A stretch of DNA of 64,000 nucleotides from Candidatus Poribacteria bacterium (GTDB lineage: Bacteria; Poribacteria; WGA-4E; WGA-3G): assembly GCA_963665235.2 (NCBI GenBank), contig CAXXLX010000001.1:2720001-2784000 (forward strand), in the 5' to 3' direction. Both the position numbers and the translations under genes were made by a program. Shown here one piece after another: positions 1-10,089 of this stretch (its first letter is position 1; each line of letters starts with the position of its first letter). Below the pieces are notes generated by a model. It searched no databases and was not told the DNA's origin. It saw nothing but the letters and a program-made list of their open reading frames with translations.

Positions 1-585
1 TTGGAAATGGTGCAGAAAACGTTCCAATTAGAGACGGTTCGGTCTATAGGAATTTTCTCTGAAATAGAACCGGTGGCTCCGAGCGCGTATCTCAAGACGG
101 GGTTAGAGAAAAAGGCATCGTTAGCCACCGCCATTGGCACCGAGAAAGCGCGTTCCGAGCTGATTGTCGCTGATATACTCGTTGAACTTCTTGAGCACTT
201 CGAACGCCGCATCAGTCTCTTCTCTGGGATTGACTTCAACGTTGATGCTGAAGCGGGTTTAACCGGGGTGTGCGATTTTTTAGTCAGCTTGTCGCCAGAA
301 CAATTTTATTTGGAGGCACCTGTTATCGTGCTTGTCGAAGCAAAAAATCTCGATCTAAAACTTGGAATCGGGCAGTGTGTCGCGGAGATGCTCGCTGCCC
401 AACGTTTTAATGCCGAAAAAGGGAATGACGTTTCCTGTGTTTATGGTGCCTCCACGACTGGCGTAGACTGGCTCTTCCTCAAATTGGAGGGGCGGTGTTT
501 GCACATTGATATGACAATCTACACGATTGAGCGGTGTGACAGAATCCTCGGTATCCTCGCCAGCATGGTGGAGCAGGAGGCGTGA
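1..585 (+). CDS. PD-(D/E)XK restriction-endonuclease-like hypothetical protein (5' end may be truncated by the window)
   Basis: GxCDF...VEAK...GQCxAEM motifs typical of the type I R N-terminal-like nuclease family. Confidence 0.6.
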   Translation: MEMVQKTFQLETVRSIGIFSEIEPVAPSAYLKTGLEKKASLATAIGTEKARSELIVADILVELLEHFERRISLFSGIDFNVDAEAGLTGVCDFLVSLSPEQFYLEAPVIVLVEAKNLDLKLGIGQCVAEMLAAQRFNAEKGNDVSCVYGASTTGVDWLFLKLEGRCLHIDMTIYTIERCDRILGILASMVEQEA

Positions 586-759
586 TATAACGTTTGAGGC
601 TACGAATTATAAAGACATCAATGGCGCGTGTGGCATCTTTCTACGCGCTTTGGGAGATAACCTTGTGCTACTGTCTATCAGTAGTATTGCAAACCATGCG
701 GACCCTACAAAAAATATAGTTTTGTTTGGGAATGTATAGGCTAAATTTATCGGTACAGT

Positions 760-1440
760 ATGTTATCAACACAGAAACGGCTCTATGTTTTACTTATGTT
801 TATTTTGTTCCCGGTTACCCCGTATGCTCAAATTCCATTATATGAATTGCCGGTTGAGAAGGCCGGTTTCGGACTTGAATTCAGCGCGCTACAGGATGTT
901 AACGTAATTGGCACTAGAGTTGATTACGCAATTGATAAATATTCTAAGCTCGCTTTTAATGCAGGTATCGGGTTTAATAACGATAAAAACGATTTGGAAT
1001 CTTTTGATGAACACACCCCGCCATCACCCAGTGGGGGAATTGGTATAGTGTATATTAAACCTTTAGGGAAGTCGGGTCTCAAATATTTATTACACAGCGG
1101 TTTCGGTGCAGAATTCGCCTGGGCTGTTGATGATGAAACAAACGAAACCCTTTCGCACTCAAGGGCTTTCAGGCTCTCAGGCACCAGCGGAATCTTAAAA
1201 CGTTTAGAGACGGAGTCAGACTGGGTTATAAGTCCGTTTTTCGCAATGTCTTATACAAACGTTTGGACAACTATAGAAAGTACGCTGCAGGATTTTGATG
1301 AAACGGAGAGCGATGGAAATTTCGGGGGAACAATTGGATTGGAAATTGAGATGTCCCGAACGGTAAGTGCGATGGCATCTTTTGCGTTTTCTTTCCAGAG
1401 TACTGAGACAGTTTTTAATATCGGCTTAAATTTCCATTGA
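760..1440 (+). CDS. Outer-membrane beta-barrel-like secreted protein
   Basis: N-terminal signal peptide, alternating amphipathic strands, C-terminal FNIGLNFH (aromatic barrel signature). Confidence 0.55.
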   Translation: MLSTQKRLYVLLMFILFPVTPYAQIPLYELPVEKAGFGLEFSALQDVNVIGTRVDYAIDKYSKLAFNAGIGFNNDKNDLESFDEHTPPSPSGGIGIVYIKPLGKSGLKYLLHSGFGAEFAWAVDDETNETLSHSRAFRLSGTSGILKRLETESDWVISPFFAMSYTNVWTTIESTLQDFDETESDGNFGGTIGLEIEMSRTVSAMASFAFSFQSTETVFNIGLNFH

Positions 1441-1758
1441 AAATTGAGCCTAACGGCTCAAAAGCGGAAGAGTTCTACTCTATTGTAGGAATGTGCCTAA
1501 TTTCCCGCCGCCTTTCTAACGTTTACTAAACTTTGGACAATTTTAGGAGGTGTCCAGTTTTTGTCAAAGGGATAGGTGGAAGAGCGGATTTGGCGTGTGT
1601 TGTCAGAATGCGCGTCGCATTTGGGCGAGTACGCCGCAAATCGCGGAGTATCGTGGATTTAACTTAAGGGATTACGCGGATTTTGAGGTACGTATCGTGT
1701 CACAAACATTCCTCACAAAAATCCATCGAAAGAAAAATTTGATGCTGTCAAAGAAAAT

Positions 1759-1787
1759 TTGACCTTTGCCTGAAATTATGGTACAAT
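1759..1787 (+). promoter_or_regulatory. sigma70-type promoter upstream of the defence island
   Basis: TTGACC-N17-TACAAT with TG extension. Confidence 0.6.
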
Positions 1788-1820
1788 ACTTAGACTACCT
1801 GCGGCAGGCAATGCAACCTT

Positions 1821-1928
1821 ACTGAAAGTGAGGCTGAGTTGAGTAAAAGCTTCTGGCGTATTAGAGTTCAGTATACAGGGAGCATCGCATCAAACTGAAA
1901 GCGGTTTTGAGGAAGTAAAAATTGATGT
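1821..1928 (+). repeat. Degenerate ~108 bp copy of the 3' end of the REC-HicB gene (9608-9714)
   Basis: actgaaagtga.gctgag...ttagagttc.gtat.caggga.cat.gcatcaaactgaaagcgg.tttgagga.gta.aaattgatgt is shared by both sites. Confidence 0.85.
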
Positions 1929-1983
1929 TGCGTAATCAGCCCTTTAATTTAACTATCAAACTCAATGTTGGATTCCAGAAGAA

Positions 1984-2778
1984 ATGGCAAAGAAAAAGAC
2001 GAACACACCACGCAAAAGAAAACGCTTAAAGGCAAATGCCAAGCGTCAAGCACATGCTCAGCTAAGAGGATACCTCTACCAAATCTGGCATAGTGTGAAC
2101 GCTTGGTTGGACCTTGCCGAAGATGAAGTCCTCTATTTGGAAGGTGCGGAAGACTTTGACAGAGTATCAGATGACGATGCTACGGCGACACAGGTCAAAC
2201 ACACACAACACAACATTACGCTTAGATGTCAAGATGTGAATGATGCAATCAACCACTATTGGGAGCTGCGGACTAACAATCCTGATCGACGTGTGAAATT
2301 CCGCTTTCTCACAACATCTAAGATAGTTAAGGAACAAGGTAATTCACTTGGAACGGATAAACCGGGTCTTGAAGTATGGAGTCGTTGTTCAGGTGATGAG
2401 ACAGCTATCGTAAAAATTTCTGAGTTTTTACAAACTGAGGGGAAAATATCAGAAGAAGTAAACGATTTTCTCAAAACCGCGGAACCGCAAGAAATTTATG
2501 CACAACTCATTGAACCAATTGCTTGGGAAACGGACAGCAAGCCTGCCGGTTTCGTTGAGCAATCTATAAGGGAAAAATTGATTCATCATGGCGATCGGCA
2601 CGGTATTTCACCTTCCAATGCTGAAAAAGTTGTTGATTACCTTCTCAAGGAAGCATTGACGGTCGCAACACATAAGGAAAACCGTCGACTTACCCGAATA
2701 CGTTTTCTGGAAATTTTCGAGGAATCAAACAAGCGAGTAGTTTCAATCCAGGATGTTGCGGGCACAGCAATCCATTGA
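1984..2778 (+). CDS. Cap4/DUF4297-like dsDNA nuclease domain; probably the N-terminal part of one frameshifted nuclease-STAND gene
   Basis: RGYLYQ...EGAEDFD...QVKH PD-(D/E)XK-like motif. Confidence 0.65.
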   Translation: MAKKKTNTPRKRKRLKANAKRQAHAQLRGYLYQIWHSVNAWLDLAEDEVLYLEGAEDFDRVSDDDATATQVKHTQHNITLRCQDVNDAINHYWELRTNNPDRRVKFRFLTTSKIVKEQGNSLGTDKPGLEVWSRCSGDETAIVKISEFLQTEGKISEEVNDFLKTAEPQEIYAQLIEPIAWETDSKPAGFVEQSIREKLIHHGDRHGISPSNAEKVVDYLLKEALTVATHKENRRLTRIRFLEIFEESNKRVVSIQDVAGTAIH

Positions 2779-2792
2779 CTCAATAAAAGCTG

Positions 2793-5700
2793 TTGTTGGA
2801 TCACGGGAAAATTGCCGGGGATTCATCTGATATTAACATTCAATCTCATCCTCACATACAAACCGATATACCTCCAATCTATCTTGATGTTGTTATTCCG
2901 AGGACAGAACTACTCACAGATATCCAAACTAAGCTCCAATCTGATAGTATAGTCGTAATTCAAGGAGGCGTGGACACAGGCAAAACAACCCTTGCAAAAT
3001 TGACCGCAAATGCTATAGATGCTGATTGGTTTTGGTTAAATTTGACGAAAAAGGATCCGTCTCAGGTTGCCCAGCTTTTACAGCAACTTGCTAGTGCAGT
3101 AAGCAATGAATCTTCACAAATCAATGTTGTCCTTGATGATCTGAATTTACAACCGCAACAGTTGAGGACGTATAAAGAAGAATTGGGTGTTGTGGTTTAT
3201 AGGGTGCTGGAACGTGGTGCGAAATTGTTAATCACAAGTCAGTATAATCCACCTAATAACCTTATTCGCAGTCTCGGTTTATCGTCGTCGGTGGTCGTCA
3301 ATGCTCCTAACTTTATTAGATCTGAAATCGCGCAGTTTGCACAGCAACTAAGGTGCCCCGCTGATGATTTAGAGACTTGGGTAACATTTATTCAAGCACA
3401 TACGAGCGGACATCCAAGGCTTGTACATGCCCGACTCACTCAATTACGAGACGAGGGATGGAAGCAATCAGATTTAATCGAAAGTATGATACAAACACCC
3501 CAGGTAGTAAAGAAAGAACGTGAAGCGGCACGACAACTACTCATCGACTTGCCAGAAGATAGAAGGGAATTTCTTTATAGGCTTAGCCTGCTTACTGAAT
3601 TCAGGCAAGATTACGCGCTTAACATTGGTGAAATACCAAACCCTATATCTTACCCAGGGGATGTTTTTAGTCAGCTGGTCGGACCATGGATAGACCAAGT
3701 TAGTGAAAACTACTACACAATTTCACCTTTATTGACAAACGCAGCCAAAGAGGTTTGGTCCGATGATAAGATAAAAGGTCTTCATGCTTATATTGCAAAT
3801 GCTATCCTTGAAACGAAGAAACTGACCACAACGGAAGCTCGGGCTGTGCTTACACATAGTATAGTTGGAGAAAATAAAGAAGGACTTGTTTCTGTCATTC
3901 AGATGCTAATGACGGCTCCAGAGGATAGCTGGGGTATGCTCAGTCAAGAGTTCGCTTGGTTGAGATACATTAAAATTGATCCTCATGAGGAACTATTTCC
4001 TGGGAATGTCTTTGTAAATCAACTGTTTCGGTCATTGCAGTATCGAATTGCGGTTGAGGTGGAACCGGAGTTTGCACCAAAGATACTTGAAATCTGGGAT
4101 AAGGAAACTAAACCTTATGAACCACGTCACTTGTATTTGTTATCTCGTCTAATACTGGCCACAGAGGTATTGAGATTCAACCAAGTTTCACTCCCAGCCA
4201 AGAAGGTGGTGGGTTATCTTAAAGAAATGATTGACATCAAAGATAGGGAAAAAGAGGCCTGGGAGATTTTCTACAATTCTATGGTGCAATTAGAAGCAGG
4301 TAAAACCGATAAGTCCAACTTTTTCAGTATCCTATTTAGTTTTATCTATGCGCGTCAATCCATTTACGCTCCGTTTCTTAGTGACCTTATTGATGAACTG
4401 GATGAACTTAATCCAAGAATTCTGACACTATTATTGGCTGATTTTGAGGGTGACAATATTATTGAGGCGAGGTTGTTAATTGACGGTGTCTGGTGGGCGG
4501 AAGCAAATCTTGAAAGCCCAAATTGGACAAGGTGCCTTCAGGTATTTGACAGAGTAATTGAGAAAACTATCGAATGGGGTTATCCCAACATCGCTGCAGC
4601 ATCCGCAAGAGGCAAAGCCATCATTCATGACGAATACCTGAATGCCCCTGACACTGCTCATGAAGTCCTTCAAGATATTACATCAAAATTGGGTCCACTA
4701 CCAGCAATAGAAGAAGCGCGGGCATTCGTGTATTTACACCAAAAAAATTACAAAGAAGCCCTCAATATTTACGAGTGTATTCTTCCTAAGTGGAACCCAC
4801 CTTTAGAACAATTGGGCATTGGTCCTTTGGAGGAGTATCGCAGAGCCGCTATATGCGCAGCCTGTTTGGACGATTGGAAGAAAGCAGCTGCCTTTTTCGA
4901 AGATGGCGCAAAAAGAACTCATGAAACTGTGAACGTAGAAGGGTACGTTGGTTTTTATGCAGATGCCGGATTTGCCCACTTTAAAGCAGGCAATATGTTG
5001 AACTGCATAAAATTTCTGCATCTGGCGTTGCAAAATTTTGAAATGCTTCCTCAAGACAATACAGATGTCAAGTATTTCACTTTAAAGAAACGTTTAGAGC
5101 ACATCATAAAATGGATAAAGACGATATGGTATGAGTGGGAAGATAACGCTTCAGAACTTTTTGAACCCTTTGTAGGTTTTTGTAGCGATGCGGAGACAAA
5201 AGAGGAATTTTTGACGCTTCCTGATTGCCCAATAGGATACCCTTGGTTCTATCTATCGCAAATTGAATACAGATTTGGGCATGAAACGACAGTTTTCCAA
5301 CATGCTTTGCAGATCACAGACCGGGATGCATATCCAGAACTAAACTTCCTCCTTTCTGTACTTGAAACACAATATGACTTTAAAAATAAAACCTTTGACA
5401 ATCTACCACGGCGTATACATCAATTGATGAATGTGTGTGATTTGATGCAGGAGCATTATCAAAGTATGGAAAAAAATGAGAGAAAAGAAATTGGTTCTTT
5501 ATCTATTGCCAATCTATCCAATCTCGCTTCTGTTGAGAACATTACTACTTTTTTTGTATCTGCCCTTCTTACACAACTGTCAACAAATCGAGATGTTCAT
5601 GAAACTCTAACTATATGGCGGACAAATTCATTAGGATTACCTATAAAAGATAATATGGCCATTGCTCTTAACCTAATTGAATCGATATTGTTCGGAGACC

Positions 5701-6284
5701 AAAATGATGCCTTAACACTGATGAAAACGCAAGAAAGCAAATATGAAGAGCGACTTGTAGCAGCATTAAAGGTTGTTCAGGATAAAAAAACGAATCCAGC
5801 AAACCTTTTTGGGGCACATACGCTCATTACGACTTTTCTGATTGACTATCTAACATGGCTAGACCCCCTCGGGCAAGGTTTAGCAGGGCTGCTTTCTGCA
5901 CAGTGGCTTGAAAAAATAAAATTTCGCGCAGCACTGAAAGCACCTATGCTGACAGTGCCTGAAATAGAACAGGCCTGCAGCAGCAGTGAAACCGGCAAGA
6001 AGAAAATCGGGCGGATTCTACTTGCTGCGCATCAAGCTGTCTCACTTAGGGTGCCCTCTGAGACTTTACAGAAATTCCGGACTTGGGCAGAATTGGAATC
6101 AGAGCAGAAACAGGAACCCACAACAGGAAAAAATTCCGCTGCACAAAACCTCATCAAAGTGATGGAAAAGCCGCCACATCTTACTGATGAAGATATTACT
6201 GCACTACATCAATCAATCGAAGAGGGGAAAATACCTATAAATTTCAATTCGCCCTTTGAACCGGATGAGCACGAAAAAGAATGA
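2793..6284 (+). CDS. STAND-type NTPase with TPR/helical sensor (Avs-like) and a short antitoxin-like C-terminal tail
   Basis: Walker A GGVDTGKT, Walker B VVLDD, GHPRL (GxP) motif, long helical/TPR C-terminus; TTG start without an RBS suggests it continues the upstream ORF. Confidence 0.7.
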   Translation: MLDHGKIAGDSSDINIQSHPHIQTDIPPIYLDVVIPRTELLTDIQTKLQSDSIVVIQGGVDTGKTTLAKLTANAIDADWFWLNLTKKDPSQVAQLLQQLASAVSNESSQINVVLDDLNLQPQQLRTYKEELGVVVYRVLERGAKLLITSQYNPPNNLIRSLGLSSSVVVNAPNFIRSEIAQFAQQLRCPADDLETWVTFIQAHTSGHPRLVHARLTQLRDEGWKQSDLIESMIQTPQVVKKEREAARQLLIDLPEDRREFLYRLSLLTEFRQDYALNIGEIPNPISYPGDVFSQLVGPWIDQVSENYYTISPLLTNAAKEVWSDDKIKGLHAYIANAILETKKLTTTEARAVLTHSIVGENKEGLVSVIQMLMTAPEDSWGMLSQEFAWLRYIKIDPHEELFPGNVFVNQLFRSLQYRIAVEVEPEFAPKILEIWDKETKPYEPRHLYLLSRLILATEVLRFNQVSLPAKKVVGYLKEMIDIKDREKEAWEIFYNSMVQLEAGKTDKSNFFSILFSFIYARQSIYAPFLSDLIDELDELNPRILTLLLADFEGDNIIEARLLIDGVWWAEANLESPNWTRCLQVFDRVIEKTIEWGYPNIAAASARGKAIIHDEYLNAPDTAHEVLQDITSKLGPLPAIEEARAFVYLHQKNYKEALNIYECILPKWNPPLEQLGIGPLEEYRRAAICAACLDDWKKAAAFFEDGAKRTHETVNVEGYVGFYADAGFAHFKAGNMLNCIKFLHLALQNFEMLPQDNTDVKYFTLKKRLEHIIKWIKTIWYEWEDNASELFEPFVGFCSDAETKEEFLTLPDCPIGYPWFYLSQIEYRFGHETTVFQHALQITDRDAYPELNFLLSVLETQYDFKNKTFDNLPRRIHQLMNVCDLMQEHYQSMEKNERKEIGSLSIANLSNLASVENITTFFVSALLTQLSTNRDVHETLTIWRTNSLGLPIKDNMAIALNLIESILFGDQNDALTLMKTQESKYEERLVAALKVVQDKKTNPANLFGAHTLITTFLIDYLTWLDPLGQGLAGLLSAQWLEKIKFRAALKAPMLTVPEIEQACSSSETGKKKIGRILLAAHQAVSLRVPSETLQKFRTWAELESEQKQEPTTGKNSAAQNLIKVMEKPPHLTDEDITALHQSIEEGKIPINFNSPFEPDEHEKE

Positions 6285-6697
6285 ATAAATATCTCCTGGA
6301 AACAACAACGTGGAGTCTGTTAATGAAAGATAACCCCAAGGTTAAAGGGCGTTTGAATTCGCTAACCCAGTCGGACTACTATTTTACTTGTCCCATTGTT
6401 AAGGGCGAAATTCTGTTCGGAATAGCTCGGCTCCCTGCTGGAAAAAGAAAACAAGATCTCCAACAAAAGGCAAACGAGTTATTCGCTATAATTCCGTGCG
6501 ACCCGATCCTAGAAAATGTTGGTGATGTCTATGCCCAGATAAAAGTTACGGCGCAACAACAAGGCACCCCTTTAGATGAATCCGATCTTTGGATTGCCGC
6601 GACGGCTCTTGCGCTTGATGCGATTCTGGTTACGTCTGATTCCGATTATCAGAGAATTGCTAGAGTAGGATTGCGTTTGGAAGATTGGAAAAATTAA
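6281..6697 (+). CDS. vapC: PIN-domain (VapC-like) ribonuclease toxin
   Basis: YLLET...GEILFG...SDLWIAATA...LVTSDSDY PIN motifs; ATGA overlap with the upstream gene. Confidence 0.85.
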   Translation: MNKYLLETTTWSLLMKDNPKVKGRLNSLTQSDYYFTCPIVKGEILFGIARLPAGKRKQDLQQKANELFAIIPCDPILENVGDVYAQIKVTAQQQGTPLDESDLWIAATALALDAILVTSDSDYQRIARVGLRLEDWKN

Positions 6698-6890
6698 CAA
6701 AAGAGATATTTCACGTCAATAAATCTGAAAAATTGCTTGCCAGTCGATGCGGATTTATGCTAAACTTTATGAAGGAATTCTTCAGAAGTCTCTCCCCCCT
6801 TGAGTGAGATTGTGCAGACAGTTTCACAGCAAACTTTGAGCGAACCTGATTCAAAAAAATCGCGGCAAAGTTGAAGGAGAATTGGTAACC

Positions 6891-9056
6891 ATGAACACCA
6901 GTATGACATATAAGATTAGACCCGCGGGGCGACACCTCCTCACCATCGGCCGTGATCTCATTCAGGATAATTACGCCGCTGTTTTTGAGTTAGTAAAAAA
7001 CGCTTACGATGCCGATTCCCCTGACGTGCATATAGAATTCAGAGCGGCTCCTGACCATAGTGGATACACTATCGTCATTTCCGACCACGGGCACGGTATG
7101 TCCAGCGATGATGTTATTAACAAGTGGCTTGTGCCATCAACACAGGATAAGGTTAAAAGGCATCGCAGTCCATCTGGACGCGTGTTACAAGGCAGTAAAG
7201 GCGTGGGACGTTATGCTGCATCCATTCTCGGCACAGATCTGCTCCTTGAAACAATCACCAATAAAGGTGAGAAAACAACCGCCTATCTTAAATGGGGCGA
7301 CTTTGAATCTGCGCTGTACCTGGAGGATGTGGAGATACCGTTGAAAACAGAAGTAGTCTCTGAAGCCTCAGGTACACGGTTGACTATTAACGGCGGAAGC
7401 GAAATGCTCGCTGAATGGGACCAAAAGCAGTTTGACAAACTCCGGTTTGAATTGAAGAAACTCACATCACCTATAATGGATGTGTTCAGCCATGAAGGGA
7501 CAAGTGATGTGTTCCGTATCAGTTTGGCAGTTAGCGAATTTCCCGCAGTGAACGACATCAGCGAAACTATTGAACCCTATCCACTTTTCAATCTTTTTGA
7601 CTACAAGATAGCGGGTAAAATCAACAGCGACGGTACAGGGACGCTAGTCTATTCGTCGCAGAAAGCTCGCAACACAATAGAAGAGAAGATTCCATTCGAT
7701 TTTGGACATCCTACTGGCTGCGGGGAACTTGATATTGATATCCGTGTTTACGATCGGGAGGCAGCGGCGATTGATGCTCTTATCAAGCGGGGGTTTACAG
7801 ATGAATTCGGAAAATATGTTCAGAAACTTGAGGCGAGACAAATTCTGAATGCAAGCAACGGTATTGGCGTTTATCGAAACGGATTCCGGATCCGACCGCT
7901 CGGAGACCCCGATTTTGATTGGCTGAAACTCAATGCCCGAAGAGTGCAGAACCCAACACGTTGTATCGGCAGCAACCAAACAATCGGGTATGTACAGATT
8001 CAATCCGAGGTGCAGTCCCGCTTGATTGAAAAAAGTGCCAGAGATGGACTTAAGGAAAATGCGGCTTTTAATCAACTCAAAGAGATCACAACGCGGGTTA
8101 TAACAGAACTTGAATGGCGACGTTTCAACTACAGAAAGAGCGCGGGGTTGAGCCGGCCCGCTTTCAAAGTGGAAAGCAATCTGCAAAATCTTTTCTCCTT
8201 TGATGAGCTCAAGCAAGACATAGAAATGGAACTGACAAAGGCTGCTGTTGACAGAAAAACAGCTGATAAAATTATTGAACGCATTGATGAGGATGCTGAG
8301 GATAAAAACAAGATAGCGGGGGAAATACGCCAAACGGTTGCAATTTATCAGGGACAAGCTACCTTAGGGAAAATCATCAACGTCATTCTTCATGAAGCTA
8401 GACGGCCCCTCAGCTACTTCCGGAATCGAGTCCCTTATCTTAAGCGGAGATACAACTCATTTCAGAAAAACGGAGATCCGGCTGAGCTCGAAAAAGCCAT
8501 GGAAATTATTGATGGAATCGCTGAGAATTCCCAATTCTTTGTGAACCTCTTTAAAAGACTTGATCCGCTAGCAGCACGGAAGCGGACTGCAAAGAAGCCG
8601 TTGGAGTTAAAAAAAATAGTAGAAGGTATAATTGCTATCTTCGAAAACGAACTGAAATCTCATAATATCTCTCTTAGAATCAGCGGGCCTGATGACTTCA
8701 GATTCTTGGCTTGGCAGCAGGACATTTATGCAATTTTTACAAATCTTATTGACAATAGTCTCTACTGGATTAGTGAAAAGAAGCCCGAAACACGAGAAAT
8801 CACGATTGAAATCCTGACGAATGCGAATTCCCTGATTCATATTGACTATCACGATACCGGACCCGGAATTGAACCCTCTCTCATTGAGAGTGAAGTGATT
8901 TTTGAGCCTCACTTTTCCACTAAACCGGATGGAACAGGGTTGGGGCTCACAATAGCTGGGGAAGCTGCAGAACGAAACCAACTTGAACTAAAAGTTTATG
9001 AATCTGAAGAAGGTGCCCATTTTATACTTCAGCCCAAAACGGAGAATGAAAAATGA
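6891..9056 (+). CDS. MORC-like GHKL ATPase fused to a sensor histidine kinase
   Basis: ELVKNAYDA, DHGHGM, GSKGVGR (HATPase_c_3); H-box ILHEARRPL, N-box NLIDNS, DTGPG, GTGLGL. Confidence 0.85.
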   Translation: MNTSMTYKIRPAGRHLLTIGRDLIQDNYAAVFELVKNAYDADSPDVHIEFRAAPDHSGYTIVISDHGHGMSSDDVINKWLVPSTQDKVKRHRSPSGRVLQGSKGVGRYAASILGTDLLLETITNKGEKTTAYLKWGDFESALYLEDVEIPLKTEVVSEASGTRLTINGGSEMLAEWDQKQFDKLRFELKKLTSPIMDVFSHEGTSDVFRISLAVSEFPAVNDISETIEPYPLFNLFDYKIAGKINSDGTGTLVYSSQKARNTIEEKIPFDFGHPTGCGELDIDIRVYDREAAAIDALIKRGFTDEFGKYVQKLEARQILNASNGIGVYRNGFRIRPLGDPDFDWLKLNARRVQNPTRCIGSNQTIGYVQIQSEVQSRLIEKSARDGLKENAAFNQLKEITTRVITELEWRRFNYRKSAGLSRPAFKVESNLQNLFSFDELKQDIEMELTKAAVDRKTADKIIERIDEDAEDKNKIAGEIRQTVAIYQGQATLGKIINVILHEARRPLSYFRNRVPYLKRRYNSFQKNGDPAELEKAMEIIDGIAENSQFFVNLFKRLDPLAARKRTAKKPLELKKIVEGIIAIFENELKSHNISLRISGPDDFRFLAWQQDIYAIFTNLIDNSLYWISEKKPETREITIEILTNANSLIHIDYHDTGPGIEPSLIESEVIFEPHFSTKPDGTGLGLTIAGEAAERNQLELKVYESEEGAHFILQPKTENEK

Positions 9057-9718
9057 GTGTAATGAGAGTTCTGCTTGTTGAAGACGCAAAAGATCAGCAG
9101 CTCATCTTTGAAGATGTCGTAGGTGTTTTCAATGAAGAGTATGATTTAACCGTTGAATCTGACATCGCAGAAGACACTTCAAGCGCATTGGAAAAAATAA
9201 ATAGTTCTTACTATGGTGCAATCATTGACATGAAGTTAGGTAACGATTATGAAGGTGGAAATGAGGTGGTCCGCCGGCTTCACGATTTATCTATTCGTGT
9301 GCCGGTCATCTTTGTCACAGGCTACCTTGATTTGGTGGAGGACCACCCATTGATTATCAAGAAACGGAGCCGCGACGCGGATACTTACGAATCTGATCTT
9401 TTATCGTTTCAGAAGTGGCACAGCGCGAAAGAGACCCCACAAACCTACACCGCGCTTATCCGACAGAGCGAGGAATGGTGGCTCGGGTGGATAGTAGAAG
9501 TCCGGGGGGTTATCTGTCAAGAACGAACGAGAAGTGAATTGTTAGATACGCTGCAAATCACACTTCGTGAAATATTAGAATATGAAACGCCGGAAGTCGC
9601 GCTCCGGACTGAAAGTGAAGCTGAGGCTTTAAAAGCATCTGACATCTTAGAGTTCGGTATGCAGGGAACATTGCATCAAACTGAAAGCGGATTTGAGGAG
9701 GTAGAAATTGATGTATGA
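9053..9718 (+). CDS. Response-regulator receiver domain fused to a HicB-like antitoxin domain
   Basis: LLVED, IIDMKL (phospho-Asp), FVTGY; C-terminal YTALIRQSEEWWLGWIVEVRGVICQERTRSELL is HicB-like. Confidence 0.8.
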   Translation: MSVMRVLLVEDAKDQQLIFEDVVGVFNEEYDLTVESDIAEDTSSALEKINSSYYGAIIDMKLGNDYEGGNEVVRRLHDLSIRVPVIFVTGYLDLVEDHPLIIKKRSRDADTYESDLLSFQKWHSAKETPQTYTALIRQSEEWWLGWIVEVRGVICQERTRSELLDTLQITLREILEYETPEVALRTESEAEALKASDILEFGMQGTLHQTESGFEEVEIDV

Positions 9719-9900
9719 AACGTAGGAAGTTGATTAAACATCTTAGAGACCACGGATGCGTGCTTCTTCGGGAAGGTGGAAGACACTCGATATGGCGGAA
9801 TTCAGAACAGCGCACCCAAGCCTCGGTCCCGCGACACACCGAGATTAATAATATTACCGCCCAGAAAATCTGTAAGGAATTAAAAATCCTACGTCCGTAA
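9715..9900 (+). CDS. hicA: HicA-family mRNA interferase toxin
   Basis: 61 aa; MKRRKLIKHL...REGGRHSIW...VPRHTEI...KICKEL signature; ATGA overlap. Confidence 0.9.
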   Translation: MKRRKLIKHLRDHGCVLLREGGRHSIWRNSEQRTQASVPRHTEINNITAQKICKELKILRP

Positions 9901-10089
9901 TTTCGGCCGCGGCACATCCATTCAGATAATGAAAAATGCAGGCTTCCCCATTGATATGAACAAGATTTATTAACTAAACATTCTCCCCATAACATACTAG
10001 AGGATTCACTATGCCTACACTAATTGATTGACAATTACCGGCAAAAACGGTAAAATAGGTCTCAAGTCTATGCAATCAGGAGCAGCACA

